The notes under the pieces: model-generated
Seen by the model: the letters and a program-made list of their open reading frames with translations, nothing else
Database searches by the model: none
Told to the model about the DNA's origin: nothing
Shown: positions 1 through 13,299 of the stretch, piece by piece
How the letters are laid out: the number at the start of each line of letters is the position of its first letter
Numbering within the stretch: the first letter of the stretch is position 1
Program-made: the position numbers and the translations under genes
NCBI GenBank assembly: GCA_038087875.1
Contig: CM075982.1
Coordinates: 5,022,001-5,086,000, forward strand
Reading direction: 5' to 3'
DNA: 64,000 nucleotides
DNA from: Malacoraja senta
Lineage: Eukaryota

Positions 1-84
1 GTGTAGCTAGAATGTTGCTTGTCACTTAATAGCCCATGCCTGGATGTTGACGAGGTCCATCTGCATCATGCATGCTCATACGTC

Positions 85-282
85 CATAAGATATATCAGT
101 AGAATTAGGCCATTTGGCACATCGAGTCGGTTCCGTCATTCAATCAAGGCTGATCTATTTTTCCCTCTCGACCCCATTCTCCTGCCTTCTCCCCCGTAAC
201 CTTCGGCGCCCTTACTAATCAAGAACCTATCAATCTCTGCTTTGAAAATGCCCAAAGACTTGGCCTCCACAGCAATGAATTC
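85..282 (-). mobile_element. CR1-clade LINE 3' fragment
   Basis: Similar to the CR1 3' ends at 29195, 34079 and 53708 (attaggccatt...catggctgatc...cctgccttctcccc). Confidence 0.75.
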
Positions 283-1208
283 TGTGAAGTACTTCCTTAA
301 CTGGAGAGTTTTTGCACAGAGCTGAAAATTGTGAAGTTATTAGCAAACATCTATATTTCTCGCCTCAGGATAGAGGGAAGTTGTAATTGTAGGGAGCTCA
401 GCTAGAGCTTATTTGCTCTGTTGAAGGCAGTCTGTTACAGGCTCTGTGTAATATACAGCTAATGGCAAATTTAAGTTTGCTAAGTGTCTAATTAAATTTC
501 TTCGTACAAATCTAATATTCTGATGGCTTTCTCCATAACACAAAACACTTATGTCTGTTTCTGTTTGCTTTTCTTTCCCACCCATCAGGAATAATAATTG
601 AAACCAGTCCCTGCTAATATCATGGTCCATAATTCTTTGAAATTTTGTTGAACTCTTGAAAAGACTGTAATAGGATATATGGAGATGTCGCCCCACTTGA
701 GTTATGCATCGTGAGGGTTTTTTAACAGACTGTTGAACTTTGCTACTGCATTCATGCATGCGCCATATAGCAGTTTTGTTTGCGCAGTTTCTCATTACGC
801 TAGTATCCATTAGCCAAAACATCTTGTTTGGGGGGGATTGCATTGTTTGCATTTGCTTGCTATTGCGCTTTAACAGTGTTCTTATAACGTTTTGATATAT
901 TGTATTGCTGCCCATGCACATAACTGCCACGCTTAAAAGGAACAATATATAGTTGCAAAAATAAACTAATCTCGTCAATGAGTGCGTAACGCGCAATGAA
1001 TGAACAAGAGTTTCCTCCTATGGATACTGAAGCTGTGGATAAAGTGACTGTAAAATACTTTGAAGGAAAATGGAGAATTAGTATTTCATTCAATTCTGTA
1101 AAAGAATTCAGCTGCTTCCATTTTGTAAAATGTTTACATAATTGAATTCTTCCAAAACTCTTATTGCAGTATAATTTCTCAATTCTTGTTTTTTTTTTTC
1201 TTTTTTAG

Positions 1209-1314
1209 GTTATTTACCATTCATTTGGCGGAACATCAAAGGGCCTTCATTTTAATAATTTAATAGTGGGGCTGGTCCTCCTGACCAGGGGAAGAGATGA
1301 AGAAAAGGCGAAGT
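1209..1314 (+). CDS. USP32: USP32 exon ~3 (VIYHSFGGTSKGLHFNNLIVGLVLLTRGRDEEKAK)
   Basis: tttttag acceptor, gtaagt donor, 106 nt. Confidence 0.95.
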
Positions 1315-1970
1315 GTAAGTATTGCAAAACGTGGATCTGCACATTTTTATATACATTACTGATTACTGATAGAGATTGCATTCTTTAGCATTGATTTATT
1401 ATTAAAACAGTTATAATTTTTCATTTGGGGTCATAGCAGGTCTCCTCCAAATAAAGAATCAAAGATGTGATTGGAAATGTGTATATTTCTATGACGGAGT
1501 TCAAGATTTTCTTTAGACTATTAATTTTAACATTGTGATGTGACAAAAATTATAACGTGCCTGCCATTTTCTTAGCTTAAACAGGCTGTAACAACAAAAA
1601 TAGCAAAATGACAAAGGCTTCTTTATTAAAAAAGTATTATTTGTTATGTTTGTTTGAAGTTGATAATTTTAACAAAATTATATCTAATTATCAAAATTAG
1701 ATTGCCATATTATGACGGTGCCCTGAATAAATACTTAGAGAAGTTGGAATAGGTAATTTGTATTCCTCAAATGCACCAATTGAATTTAATAGCTGGCAAA
1801 AATAAATGTCTGTAAAGATTGTTGCATTCAGTCTCCAATTGTTTTAACTATCTAGAGTTTCAGCTGGGGGTTGGGGAGGAATAGTGAAATAATTTAGAGA
1901 TGTCCCCATCTCCATAAAAACATGAAAATGTTTTGTGGACTGCATTTTGATGTACGTATTTCCGTTACAG

Positions 1971-2089
1971 ATATTTTTAACCTCTTTGCAAATGAATCTG
2001 GGAGCTATGTTGTACGAGAGGAAATGGAAACGATGTTACGAGCTTGTGATGGAGAAGTTCAACTGGGAGTCAAAAATTGCTTTATAGAG
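1971..2089 (+). CDS. USP32: USP32 exon ~4 (YIFNLFANESGSYVVREEMETMLRACDGEVQLGVKNCFIE)
   Basis: ttacag / gtaggc, 119 nt. Confidence 0.93.
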
Positions 2090-2568
2090 GTAGGCATTAT
2101 ATTTTGTAGAGGTAGTGAGTTATATTTTGTTTGCATATAAATTGATCGAAATATTCAAATTGGGAACTATTCCAGATCGAGAAATCTGAAGGACCAACTG
2201 GAACTTTTAACAACATTCTGCAAGTTCTGTGAAAGGAGTTGCAGATTAATGTTTCACCTCTCATCCTTTATCAAACCATGCCTATCCATATTCAGATAGA
2301 TCCTGCCCCTATAAATCCCCGCCAATATCGTTTTCATCAATGCCGTCACGCTCACTGGCCTGCTGTTCCCAGGCATGTCCTAGCTGTCCTTATAAATATT
2401 ACAGCATTAACCACTCTTCAGTCTTCCACAACTTCACCTGTGGCTAAAGATCCAAGATCCAAGATTTCCTCCCTATCTTTCTGCAAGGTCTGAGGATGCA
2501 CTTGGTCAGGCCCGAGGAATTTTATAGTTTTTAATGTGTTTTAAAATTGCTAATACCTCTGTTTTGCT

Positions 2569-2718
2569 ACACAGCTGTAATTTCTACATGGTGAAACCAA
2601 AATGTATAAAAATGGCCTTCAATAAAATCTTTAAACACATATGATTTTTTTTCTATTACAAATCTCAAATTGTGGGGTACATAGGCAAATAAATAAATGA
2701 TTGGTCTTTGTCCCAAAC
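2569..2718. mobile_element. Tc1-like transposon terminal inverted repeat fragment running into an assembly gap
   Basis: Closely similar to 52987-53148, the right inverted repeat of the Tc1 element. Confidence 0.85.
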
Positions 2719-2881
2719 NNNNNNNNNNNNNNNNNNNNNNNNNNNNNNNNNNNNNNNNNNNNNNNNNNNNNNNNNNNNNNNNNNNNNNNNNNNNNNNNNN
2801 NNNNNNNNNNNNNNNNNNNNNNNNNNNNNNNNNNNNNNNNNNNNNNNNNNNNNNNNNNNNNNNNNNNNNNNNNNNNNNNNN
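2719..2881. other. Assembly gap (163 N)
   Basis: Run of N. Confidence 0.99.
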
Positions 2882-3014
2882 ATGATCGTCACAGTATATC
2901 CTGGCTGAAGGTGGGATTGTCAGTAGGAATAACTAAAATATTTTATCAGAGAGTATGATTCAAATGGGAATCTTAAATATTCTGAAAGTTTACTATTTGT
3001 TTTAGATCCCCAGT

Positions 3015-3340
3015 AGTCACAACATTGGTACAATGGTTAATATTGCCATCTAAGAGCTCCAGGTTCAATCCTGACCTCAGTGCTGTATGTGTGGAGATTG
3101 CCTGTTCTCCCTTGACCACGAGGGTTGATGTCAAGTGCTCTTACTTCTTCCCAGATCCCAAAGATGTGCTGATCAGTAGCTTATTGTTATTGTCAAATGT
3201 AAATTGGCCCTAGTGTGTGGTGGGTGTCAGGGAAATCGAGGGAAATGGATGAGGATGCTGGAGGGGAATATGAAGCAAGTGTAAATGGATGCTTGATGGT
3301 CAGCATAGGCCAAAATCATGTTTCTGTGCTGTATGATTCT
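3015..3340 (+). mobile_element. Degraded tRNA-derived V-SINE
   Basis: B-box-like ggttcaatcc plus a degenerate V-domain (cttcccagatcccaaagatgtgc). Confidence 0.6.
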
Positions 3341-6300
3341 AAAGCATGAACCATTACTTTAAACAACTTCTAAATAAACTGGAAGCTTCTGTCACAGAAC
3401 GTCTAGGTTGGCAGCTTCAATTTAATTTTGGTATGCAGAAGCTATTTCAAGTTTTATCACAGGAAGTTCAATTGCACATCTTTTGGATTCAACAATGCAA
3501 GTGCAAAATAGTACTTAAACCCAAATAGAGATATCGAACATATTATTGCACTGAAGTTGGGTCTCTTTTTAACTTGCCTGATAAATTGTCATATAATTAC
3601 AGAATGGATATAGCACAAAATGCTGTCATTAAGCCTGCCAAGTCCATTCCTGTTTTGTGCAAGAGAAATCTAATTTGACCCATCCCCTTGCTATCTCTCC
3701 ATAGAACTACATTTTTTTATTTTCATATAGTTATTCAGCTTCTTGAATTCTATGTGAAACCTCCACAATTGCCCAGGCAGGGTATTAAAGACCCTAAGCA
3801 CTTCTTGATTTTAACAAATAAAAATATTTTTTTCCTCATCACTTCTTTGCTTATCACCTTCATTCAATTCTTGATCACCTTCCACCTAGTCCTCGATCAT
3901 ACTAATTTCCTAATGGCAACATGCTATCTACATTTTGTATTATAATATGAATCGGGAATGTGAGACCATTCAGCCTGTCGGTTTTGCTCCCCCAATTATT
4001 AAGATAATGGCTGGCCTGTATTACTGATTTTTCATCTCCATCTACTTGCAACAATCTCCAAACCTTCCTTATCAAATATTTATCTGCCTGTGCCTTGAAA
4101 ATATTATGAGACCGTGAGTAGTCAACTTGGTAAACTTCCTCTGAACTCTCTCTTGTGCATCCATGTACATTGTTTCTCAAATAAAGAAACAAACTATTCC
4201 AGGCATGATCTCACGAATACACTTGTGGCAAGACCTCATCCTTCTATAGTCGATAATTTTTGCATTAAAGACAAATCATTTGGATTTCAAATGTGTCTGC
4301 ATGTTAAATTCCTCTGTTTGATCTAGGAGGATGCCCAGATCTCTCTCTATGGTGCTATTCTGCAGTCATTCTCCGTTTTAACAATACTTTGTATTTTCTG
4401 TTCTAAATGGATAACCTCACATCTCCCTAAATTACTCTCCAACTTCCCAAACTTTGCCCTTTTTTTTTTAAACCAATGGTGACAATGGCAAAGGTGCTGT
4501 TTTGCTATTCTGACCAGCTTCAAGCTTTGAATGTCGTTTACACAGCAGATTTTACTGCAGCAGTTTTCAGGCTCATCTCCAAATTAATCACTATTGTAAG
4601 TCTTCAAGTGTAGTTGCTTTGTTTACAATGCAGAATTCAAGGCTTGTTATTTGTCCTGTACAACTGAAAAGTTTGCTTTTTACTGAGAATTGGGTAGGAT
4701 AGGTGTGTGGAGGTAAAATGAGGACATGTGGCCACTCTGTTTAATGCAGGCAACGAAATTTCGTTCAGACCGAAAGGTCTGAATGACAAATAAAGGAATC
4801 TCTAATCTCTAATCTCTGTCTCTGAGTTGGTTGGTTATTCCAGGTAGGACTGGTTAGTGAATATTGTGTTTTCATTTGAAACCAAATCCATATTCTTCTT
4901 TAAACAAACAGAACTATTTATTTTGTGTAAGAATAAATGGAGCCTGATTCTGGAATTAATCAGAAATGACCATTTTGGAAAGAGAGCATGTGAAGAAATA
5001 ATTGACATTTTGTATATGGTTCCCTATACTACTAAAAGTCTGATCTTATTCAAGATTAATATTTTTGGCAACTGTATCCTCAACTGCCTGACCCTCCTGA
5101 AATCTTCCCACTTTCCCAACTCTTTATTTCTTCAAGAATATCCTGTCACTTTAATCAACTTTTGGTCTTCTGTCCCAATATATAATGTGCCCCGATAGCA
5201 TATTTTGTTCGATAATTCTTCTGTGACCTTGCCTTGGGAAGGAACTATTATCTGGGGCATGTGATGACATTGTCACTCGAATGAAAAAAACACTCCACTC
5301 AAGAACTTGGATTCCCTTTTTTTGTCTCTACGATCACATTTGGTGGCGAGCAAAGATAGACAAAATAATTGATTACGTAATAGGAATTTTGAGGACTGCT
5401 GGTTGTAATCACGTTCATTGGATACTTTAGGTTCCTCTTTCGTAGTTATTTGTGTGGTTCCTTTTGGGGCTTCCCCAACAAATCATAAACCCATGTGTAC
5501 TTAACCACTGTAGACAGATTTGGAGGGAGCTATTCCTTGACGGTACACATATTTAAAGAGAAATTCATAATTGACTATACGCAGGTTGGTGTAAAATACA
5601 TTTGTAATGTCTGCCCTGAGGGCTGATAACTGTGTGTGCTTGATATAAAAAAAGACTCCACTTAGAACAGGAAAAAGTATAAGGATTATTTGAAGAATGG
5701 TGGTACGGGTGGTAAGTAATAGTTTTACTTCATTAATTCATGTGAATATGTTCACTGAAACTAATTTGTAATGTACCTTCAAAAATTTGAATAATCAGGA
5801 CTCATAAATTGTGTGAGGCATCCTAAGGCAAGGTTGGCTACCTTGAAAGCACAGTGAAAATGCATATTCTGACATTATACAGTGATATTTTTAATTGGAT
5901 TGTTCAATGATGCATGTATGTAAGTGGTTGCAGTATCATTTAAAAAGCTTCTATAATGAGGAATTGTTATCAACATGGCCCAGTTTGAGTTTTTATAATT
6001 TTAGCTTTATTTTGGTACTTTTGCTGTGTGCAATCGCCAATTTCTGTGGGTATAACTGTACTTTTTTATCAAGCCACAGAGAGCATCGTGTATGAAATAT
6101 CTGGGTTTATGGATTGCAGATTGATTTTTTTTCCTGCTATCTCATGTACATTTCATCCCATCACATCACTGAATGGAACTAGCCGAGAGACATCACAATG
6201 ATGAGTAGTGTGGTTTAGTTAATATAATGGTACAACTGTTAAAAGGTAAGATTATACAGAAGCATAAGGCAAAATAGTTGGATACTTTGCAATGCCATTT

Positions 6301-7394
6301 AGTATTGACATCCTTGATAAACTTACTATGGCAAAGTTCATGGATTCTATGCCAACTTCCAGTAGTTTAATTTAATATGTCCCAGTACCATTCATCCTCG
6401 CCTTATCCCCCTGTAGCCATGCAACTTCTTTCACATGGCCACCAACTATCCCTTTTGATTCTTTTACCTCTCACCTACAAAAATGGGCGACTTGCAGTCC
6501 AGTTAACTTACCAGCATATCTTTTGAATGTTAGTGGGAACCAAAGCACCCAAAGGAAGGTTTTAGCGTTGGTCAATACTTTGAATATGGCCAGAGGAATT
6601 AGCTGAACAACATGTAAAATATGCCATTTCTCGTTCAGGAATTTTTATAGCATTGGGTTCGTAAGTTTGGTAGCCATTGAGATTGCTGAAAATTCCACCA
6701 TTATCACCAAATTAATTGAATACCAATCTTTTGGTGGTAAAACAATGGCAGAAATAGAATAGTGAGCTGGTGCCTGGTCTGCACTTTATACATAGCACAA
6801 TATGTAGATCATTCGTAGCTGATTAAGACTGGAGTCTTCCATTTGAGATAGATTAACTGAACACATTAATATAAATAAATCAAATAAAAAAATAATGTGA
6901 TTCTTAAAGATTGTGTTTAAAGTACTCCAATCATTCCACAGCAAGGAACAATAAACTGATCCACAGTCTATAAAGCATAGAGAAAAATTCAGCAAATCAT
7001 CATTTAATAACATATTGCATATTGTTCTAAGTCAAATTGGACAAGAGAAAAATAAGTGGAAGAACTATTTTTGCACTTTGAGTAGCTTTGTTTTCTACCA
7101 GTGTGTTGTGATTTCCCTGAGGAAGCTGGGAAAATTGAATGTTTCATGTGTTGTCAGAGATGAAGTAAAAAGCGAGTAGGTAGAGCAAAGGGGAAGATAC
7201 AGTGCAGAATACAGTTTTCTGCATTTTAGTGCATCAGTTCCATAGACAATACTCAACAATATCAAATTCTGCTTCCTTGAATTTCCCCTACCACTTCCAA
7301 ATATGCTTAATCTGAGTAAATACTAGGTTTATTCCCCTCATGAAAAGCAATCCGGCAAAGACTATACCCCCCTTATCCTACTCCAGCTTTGTTA

Positions 7395-7457
7395 CATATG
7401 TGTGTGTGTGTGTGTATATATGTGTATATATATATATGTGTGTGTGTGTGTGTATAT
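7395..7457. repeat. Compound (TG)n/(TA)n microsatellite
   Basis: Seen directly. Confidence 0.95.
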
Positions 7458-8687
7458 AAGTCTCACAAAGTGCAAAAATAGTTTTCCACATTTTTCTCTT
7501 GTCCAATTTCACTTAGAACAATATGCAATAGGTTATTAAATTATGATGTGCTGAAATGTTCTCCATGCTTTATATAGACTGTGATGGATTTGTTTATTAA
7601 TTCTTCCTGATAAATGATTGGAGTACTTTAAACACTCCCTTGAAGAATTACATTTTTTTAAAGATTGTTATATTTATTATAGATGAATCGAGTAACATTC
7701 CGGTGTTTGCAGATATGTGGCATAAAGGTAGTCAGTTAAGGAACATTTGTGATCTGCTTTTGACCCAAATCAAAATGAATCTTCAACCTAGCATTCACCA
7801 GGAAGTTTACATCCACTTCCACAACATCATCTCATCACACATCCTCAACTTCTCTAAAGATCTGAATCTTTTCCAGAATCCCATCTTCTGCAACTACATC
7901 ATGCACAACACTTGTCTGATACATTTTTGTTCTACTTTCTGACCACATTAGCTTTCAATGTTTGAACACTTAAAATTGCCAATTTAAAATTTAAATTACT
8001 AAAGATTTTGTCTTTTTTTGTGAAATGTAGTAATGTGATATTTAGGGTTAATAAAAAACAAAATAATCCCTTAAAGTGATCATTAAATATATTGTGGAAA
8101 AACGTGCAAAATATTTATATTTCAAAGTAGTTTACTTTGTCACCACAATGCTAATGAGTGAGTTCTTAAATTTTCTTAAAATTGGTGTGAAAGTTGGAAA
8201 ACCTGATTATCTACAATGTTGAAATGGATATCCCAGTGCATTTGTCAGAAGAACAAAAGCAGAAAGCCAGCTTCCTTGAGACTAAGTTCCCTAACATGGT
8301 AATGTTATAGTTCTAGAATTTATCAAGCAAGTCTAGGCAGGCATTTTTCCATTTCATAGATGTATATGGTAAGCATATCTGCTAGAATTCCAAAAGGTTG
8401 AGGTATTAAGTACTGATTAATTGACACATATATAATGCTGACTGGTCTATTTTTATTTCTAAATTTACTTTCAATTAGGAATATTTCAAATTATAACACA
8501 ATCTTGCTGGAAAATAGTTTTCTTTTGCCTGTACCTCCATAAGTCTAAATTTTTTGTTTTGGAAACAATTTCCCGGCTAAGCATGGACATTTTTTTGTCA
8601 CTCTGAAATTTTGTGACATTTTGATCAAATCAAATATTTAATATTCATTTTGATTCCTTTGTTCATCCTTGCAATAATTTTGATCTT

Positions 8688-9046
8688 TGAGATATACAAA
8701 ATCATGAGAGGAATAGATCGGGTAGACTCGCAGTGTCTCTTGCCCACAGTAGGGGAGTCAAGAACCAGAGGACATAGGTTTAAGGTGAGGGGGAAAGATT
8801 TAATGGGAACCTTGAAGGTGACTTTTTCACACATAGGGTGATGGGTGTTTGGAACGAGCTGCTGGAGGAGGTAGTTGAGGGAGATACTGTCAGAACGTTT
8901 AAGAAACATTTAGACTGGTACAAAGATAGGACAGGTTTAGAGGGATATTAACCAAATGCAGGCAGGTGGAACTAGTGTAGAAGGGACATGGTGGCCAAGT
9001 TGGGCCGAAAAGCCTGTTTTCACATTGTAAGACTCTATGACTCTAT
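8688..9046 (+). mobile_element. CR1-clade LINE 3' fragment
   Basis: YKIMRGIDRVD...ESRTRGHRFKV ORF2 C-terminus; (actctatg)n tail. Confidence 0.88.
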
Positions 9047-10449
9047 TTCTAATTGAGGCTGAGATTTTTGAAGAAAAGCATTAAATTCACATAAAAGGAA
9101 ATTAACATTCCAATTATTTAGCATATTAATTGTACCCATTGGTATATACGAGGTCATGTTATGTATGAAAAAATAATGTACTTATTTCACCTTGCATACT
9201 GTAGGGAGCCAGTCAATATTTGGAGATTACTCTAAGGAATTATATTCTTATTTGTCTACAGCATTGTCTACTGAATTTTAAAGGGAGTCTACTAATATTA
9301 AAATAAGCCCTATAAAGCAATCGCAACCCAAATAACATGATTTTCAGTCTTTTTTGGTTGTAATGATGGCAAAGCTTTGTTATGATTTCAACCTGAAACG
9401 AGCATTAATCTTTGAGTTACACTTGAAGGTGATTTAACACCACATTATGAAGCTGCTGTCAGTCTTCAGGTTTGCCTATAATGTGGATATTTCCACTGCA
9501 ATCACTGAAATATATTGAATTTTAATGAGCCTAAGCTTTTTTGTGAATTGGTCTTGATTCAAATTACCCTGAAAATGCCATAAGATTTGCGCAGGTGCCA
9601 AATGAAATTATAAATAGCTCTAAGCTGTGATTAGAGATCTACAACATTCTCTGAGCCATAACAATTATTTTATGTATATGGATTATTTCCTCAAAAAAAT
9701 CAAAACTCAATGGGTTCTTCATCAAACTGCTGGTATTAACCCCCAGGGGTAAAAGGATTCCCAAGCTTTCTGATTTAAGCTTTGTCAACAATTTTCTGGC
9801 TACACGTTGCTATTGTACTCACCGTGGGCTCCTGCCTACTGAAGCTGTGCCATATTTGAACTTCAACCACAAATCCACTCAGTGGGGTGAAAAGAATCCC
9901 AGTATTCACCCTCTTGGATTGAGTTTATGAATTGCTTGCAATTGAATAAGGAAATGTTTGATTAATTTCTAAGACATTTCGCTTCCATATCCTATTTCTG
10001 TACTTTAATGAGTTTCTTAATTTTTTATTTCAAATATCAATTAGTATTGTTGAGGTCACTGTACTGAAAGGACCTTTGTGGTGATGAGCACTTTTTTTTC
10101 AGAATACCGAATGGTTTCTTAAAAATGATTGCTTTATTAAGACAACACTATTAGTTATCTCTAATCTAATTTTTCTCAGTAGAATTCAATACATACTTTC
10201 TTTAAATGTTTAGTTATTACATATTTTTATAGGTGTTGCCAAAGCAGCTTTCTGTAGTATGGAGATTATAAACTATGTCTAATAGTTTGCATAATATTTT
10301 AAATCATTTTTAAAATGCGCTTCTTCAAGCTTAGTTGTTATTGACGTAATGCTGAAACATTAATATTTCATAGAACATCTCAATTTGAAACTGAAATACA
10401 GCAGAGCACATTTCTCAACCTGAGTAACCATTCTTCTATTTGTGTTCAC

Positions 10450-11130
10450 CATAATGATGCCTGGGTTAGGGGAAATTCGCTACAGGGAGAGGTTGAACAG
10501 ACTTATATTGTTTTCTCTGGAACGCTAGTCTGATAGAAGTATGTAAAATGGAGACCTAGGATAGTCAGTCAGAACCTTTTTCCAAGAATGGGTAGCACAA
10601 AGCGGTACAGTTGCTGCCTTGCAGCATCAGAGACTCCGGTTCAATCCTGACTACGGGTGGTGAATGCACGGAGTTTGTACGTTCTCCCTGTGATTGTGTG
10701 AGTTTCTTCCGTGTGCTCCGATTTCCTCCCACATTCCAAAGACGTGGAGGTTTGTAGGTTAATTGACTTCTGTAAATTGCCCTGAGCGTGTAAGATGTGA
10801 AACTGGGATAAAATAGAACTAGTGTACAGGTGATCGTTGGTCAGCGTGAACTAGGTGGGCCGAAGGGACTGTTTCCATGCCATATCTCTAAAACTAAAAC
10901 TAAATACTAGAGGGCATAGGTTGAAGGTGAGAGAAGCAAAGTTTAAAGGTGATATGCAAGTTAACTTTTTTTTTAGAGGGTGGTGAGTGAGTGGGACGCG
11001 CTGCCAAGGATTGTGACTTTTGAGTAGGCATATTAAATCTGTAGCGGATGACATGCAAGTAAATAAGAGGTGTTTTGCATCAAGTTTCTCACAGACATTG
11101 TGAGCTCCAGGGCCTTGTGCTGTACTGTTC
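10450..11130 (+). mobile_element. Degraded CR1 fragment interrupted by a V-SINE
   Basis: CR1 ORF2 3' sequence flanks the SINE on both sides (...cagaacctttttcc | tactagagggcatagg...). Confidence 0.65.
10590..10903 (+). mobile_element. tRNA-derived V-SINE (HE1-like)
   Basis: tRNA-like head (ggttcaatcc), V-domain (gtttgtacgttctcc...tttcctcccacattccaaagac), CR1-type tail and (ctaaaa)n. Confidence 0.85.
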
Positions 11131-11294
11131 TTTGCAAGCTGAATTCTGACCCATTAAAGAGACATCAGTGATAGTTCTAGTTACCTGTGACTTTAATTGT
11201 GCTCAAAGCCCGCATTTCAGTCTTGTAAATCTTTTGGTCATGATGTACAGATGTTGCGCAAAAATTTTAGTTTGTCATTTTGGTTTTATTTTAG

Positions 11295-11454
11295 GGAGAA
11301 AAGGTAAATTATGAGAAGTTCAAGAATTGGCTCCTTCAGAATAAGGATGCATTCACATTTGCTCGATGGCTGCTGTCGGGGGGAGTGTGTATCACTCTTA
11401 CTGACGATAGTGATACACCTACATTTTATCAAACTCTGGCTGGAGTCACTCACT
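11295..11454 (+). CDS. USP32: USP32 exon ~5 (GEKVNYEKFKNWLLQNKDAFTFARWLLSGG...LAGVTH)
   Basis: ttttag / gtaagt, 160 nt. Confidence 0.95.
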
Positions 11455-11998
11455 GTAAGTATATTTATTTTCTGAAAAGGGGGTGGGATCAGTGACACGA
11501 TGGAATTTGCTGACATCCTAGATATTTACAACTAGCATTTAAGATATTTTTTGCTGTGCTGAACATTATTAAATTCAACATGCAGACCTTTCCTTTTTGT
11601 GAAGAGTCCATTTATCTATGCTTGTCATTGCTGTATTTTAAGCTGCTTGCTTTTTTTTCCACTTTACGCCTCAACAAGCAGGTGACTGCAAAGGACGTCA
11701 GGACATGCTCTTGACGCAAGAGCTTGAGTTAACCTAGGGAAAAAGCTGTACAATTCCCCCTGATGTGACATCAGAATTGGATGCACTTTCACTACTTCTC
11801 CTTAATACTTTCACTTCTCATTTCTGTTGTCATGGAAGCAGCAATCTTAAACAGACCATTCTTGTTCCACTGTTTGAATATACGAAAAAACTGACAGCTT
11901 TTTTGTAATGGAAGTTTGGGTTTTCAATGTGTATTTTTTTGTAATTGGGTAATTAAGTATCATTCTGTTTTGGACAAAGATGGTGGAAAAATGTCTCG

Positions 11999-12232
11999 AG
12001 GGCCTGTCCCACTTGGCGATTTTTTTCGGTGACTACCGGCATCATTGACTGACGTGTCAGGTCACCGAAAGATTTGCGGCGTGATGCTGCGTGATGACGT
12101 ATGACGCGCGGTGTTTTTTCAAGTATCGCAACATTTATTGTCGCTGCTGGATTTTGAAATGTTCGAAATGTTTTGGCGACACTGTTATGACGCCGGCAGT
12201 CGTGGAAAAAATCGCCAAGTGGGACAGGCCCT
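11999..12232. mobile_element. MITE with ~46-bp terminal inverted repeats (possibly PIF/Harbinger-like)
   Basis: agggcctgtcccacttggcgattttt ... aaaaatcgccaagtgggacaggccct; CpG-rich interior; superfamily uncertain because there is no clean TSD. Confidence 0.8.
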
Positions 12233-13299
12233 TTACTGGATTTTTGTTGTTACAAAATAAGTATTAGTTCGGAGTAATGGAAACTTCGTGGACCATGTCA
12301 TTGAATCTGATTTCCAATAGCATTCTAGTTTAGTCTTGAGCCAAACAAGTTAGTCGAGCAGATTTTCAAAGCTCTCAATTGAATTACATTTTTGAGCTTG
12401 CACTAGTGCTTGTATTTTAATACTTTTAAAATCATATTTAATTGCTTAAAAATATTTGAGAACATTTTAAAGATGTGTAAAATGTTGACACCTATGCCAT
12501 GCAAGAGATTTCAAATATGGCATATCTATAAATGCTATTTTTAAAATTTCCAACAGTGTTGAAATAGATAAAATATTTATACGACAGGAAAATTAACTCA
12601 CCTGATATCATAAAAGGCTTATACAGAAAGGTCTTTGAGGCTTGTTTGTGACGTTGCTTATTCTGAAACGTGGTATGTCTGTACATTATACAGTAAGTGA
12701 CTTCCATATTTGAGCTTCAGGGGAATGTGAATTAATCACAAATTTGAGATTAAAGGTGGATTGAACAGTAATAGACTTAGCAATTGGAAGTGCATTAAAC
12801 AAGGAGGAAGATAGAAATTGACCTCAAGGCCACAGGCAAACTCGCAAAACATGGCAAATGAAATTCAGCACAGAAACGTCAGGAAATTTACCTCTGTAGG
12901 AAGAATACAGATAGACCGTACAGGCAACATGATGCAAATTTAAAAGGGGTGAAGGAACAAAGGCACCCTGAGGTGTGTTCTTTTTAATTTTTTAAAGGTA
13001 GCAAAACAGATTTGCAAAGGGTTACTGACACACCACGCTATCAATATTGTATGATTTTATAGCTGACGCCATAATGAATGTTATTAGTCTTGATTCTTCT
13101 CACTTGATTGAAATTGAGTAGAAGGAATGCAAGTCGGAGCATATCTGGCACGCAGCTGGCTTTGTCATCCATCACGAGATCTATCTGGACACTGCACAAA
13201 CTCTTGAATCTTGATCTCAGCCAAAATCTCTCATTATTCAAATTTGATTAAAAAAAATTAATCTAATATTTAAGCTAATATCCATATTACTCCACCTCT

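Noticed and set aside
409-996. 195-aa minus-strand ORF
   Set aside because: No recognisable domain, no splice or promoter context, and antisense within a USP32 intron; probably chance.
2665-2958. Poly-X ORFs
   Set aside because: Artefacts of the N gap.
10590-10660. tRNA-like A/B box sequence
   Set aside because: It is the head of a V-SINE, not a tRNA gene; no cloverleaf.
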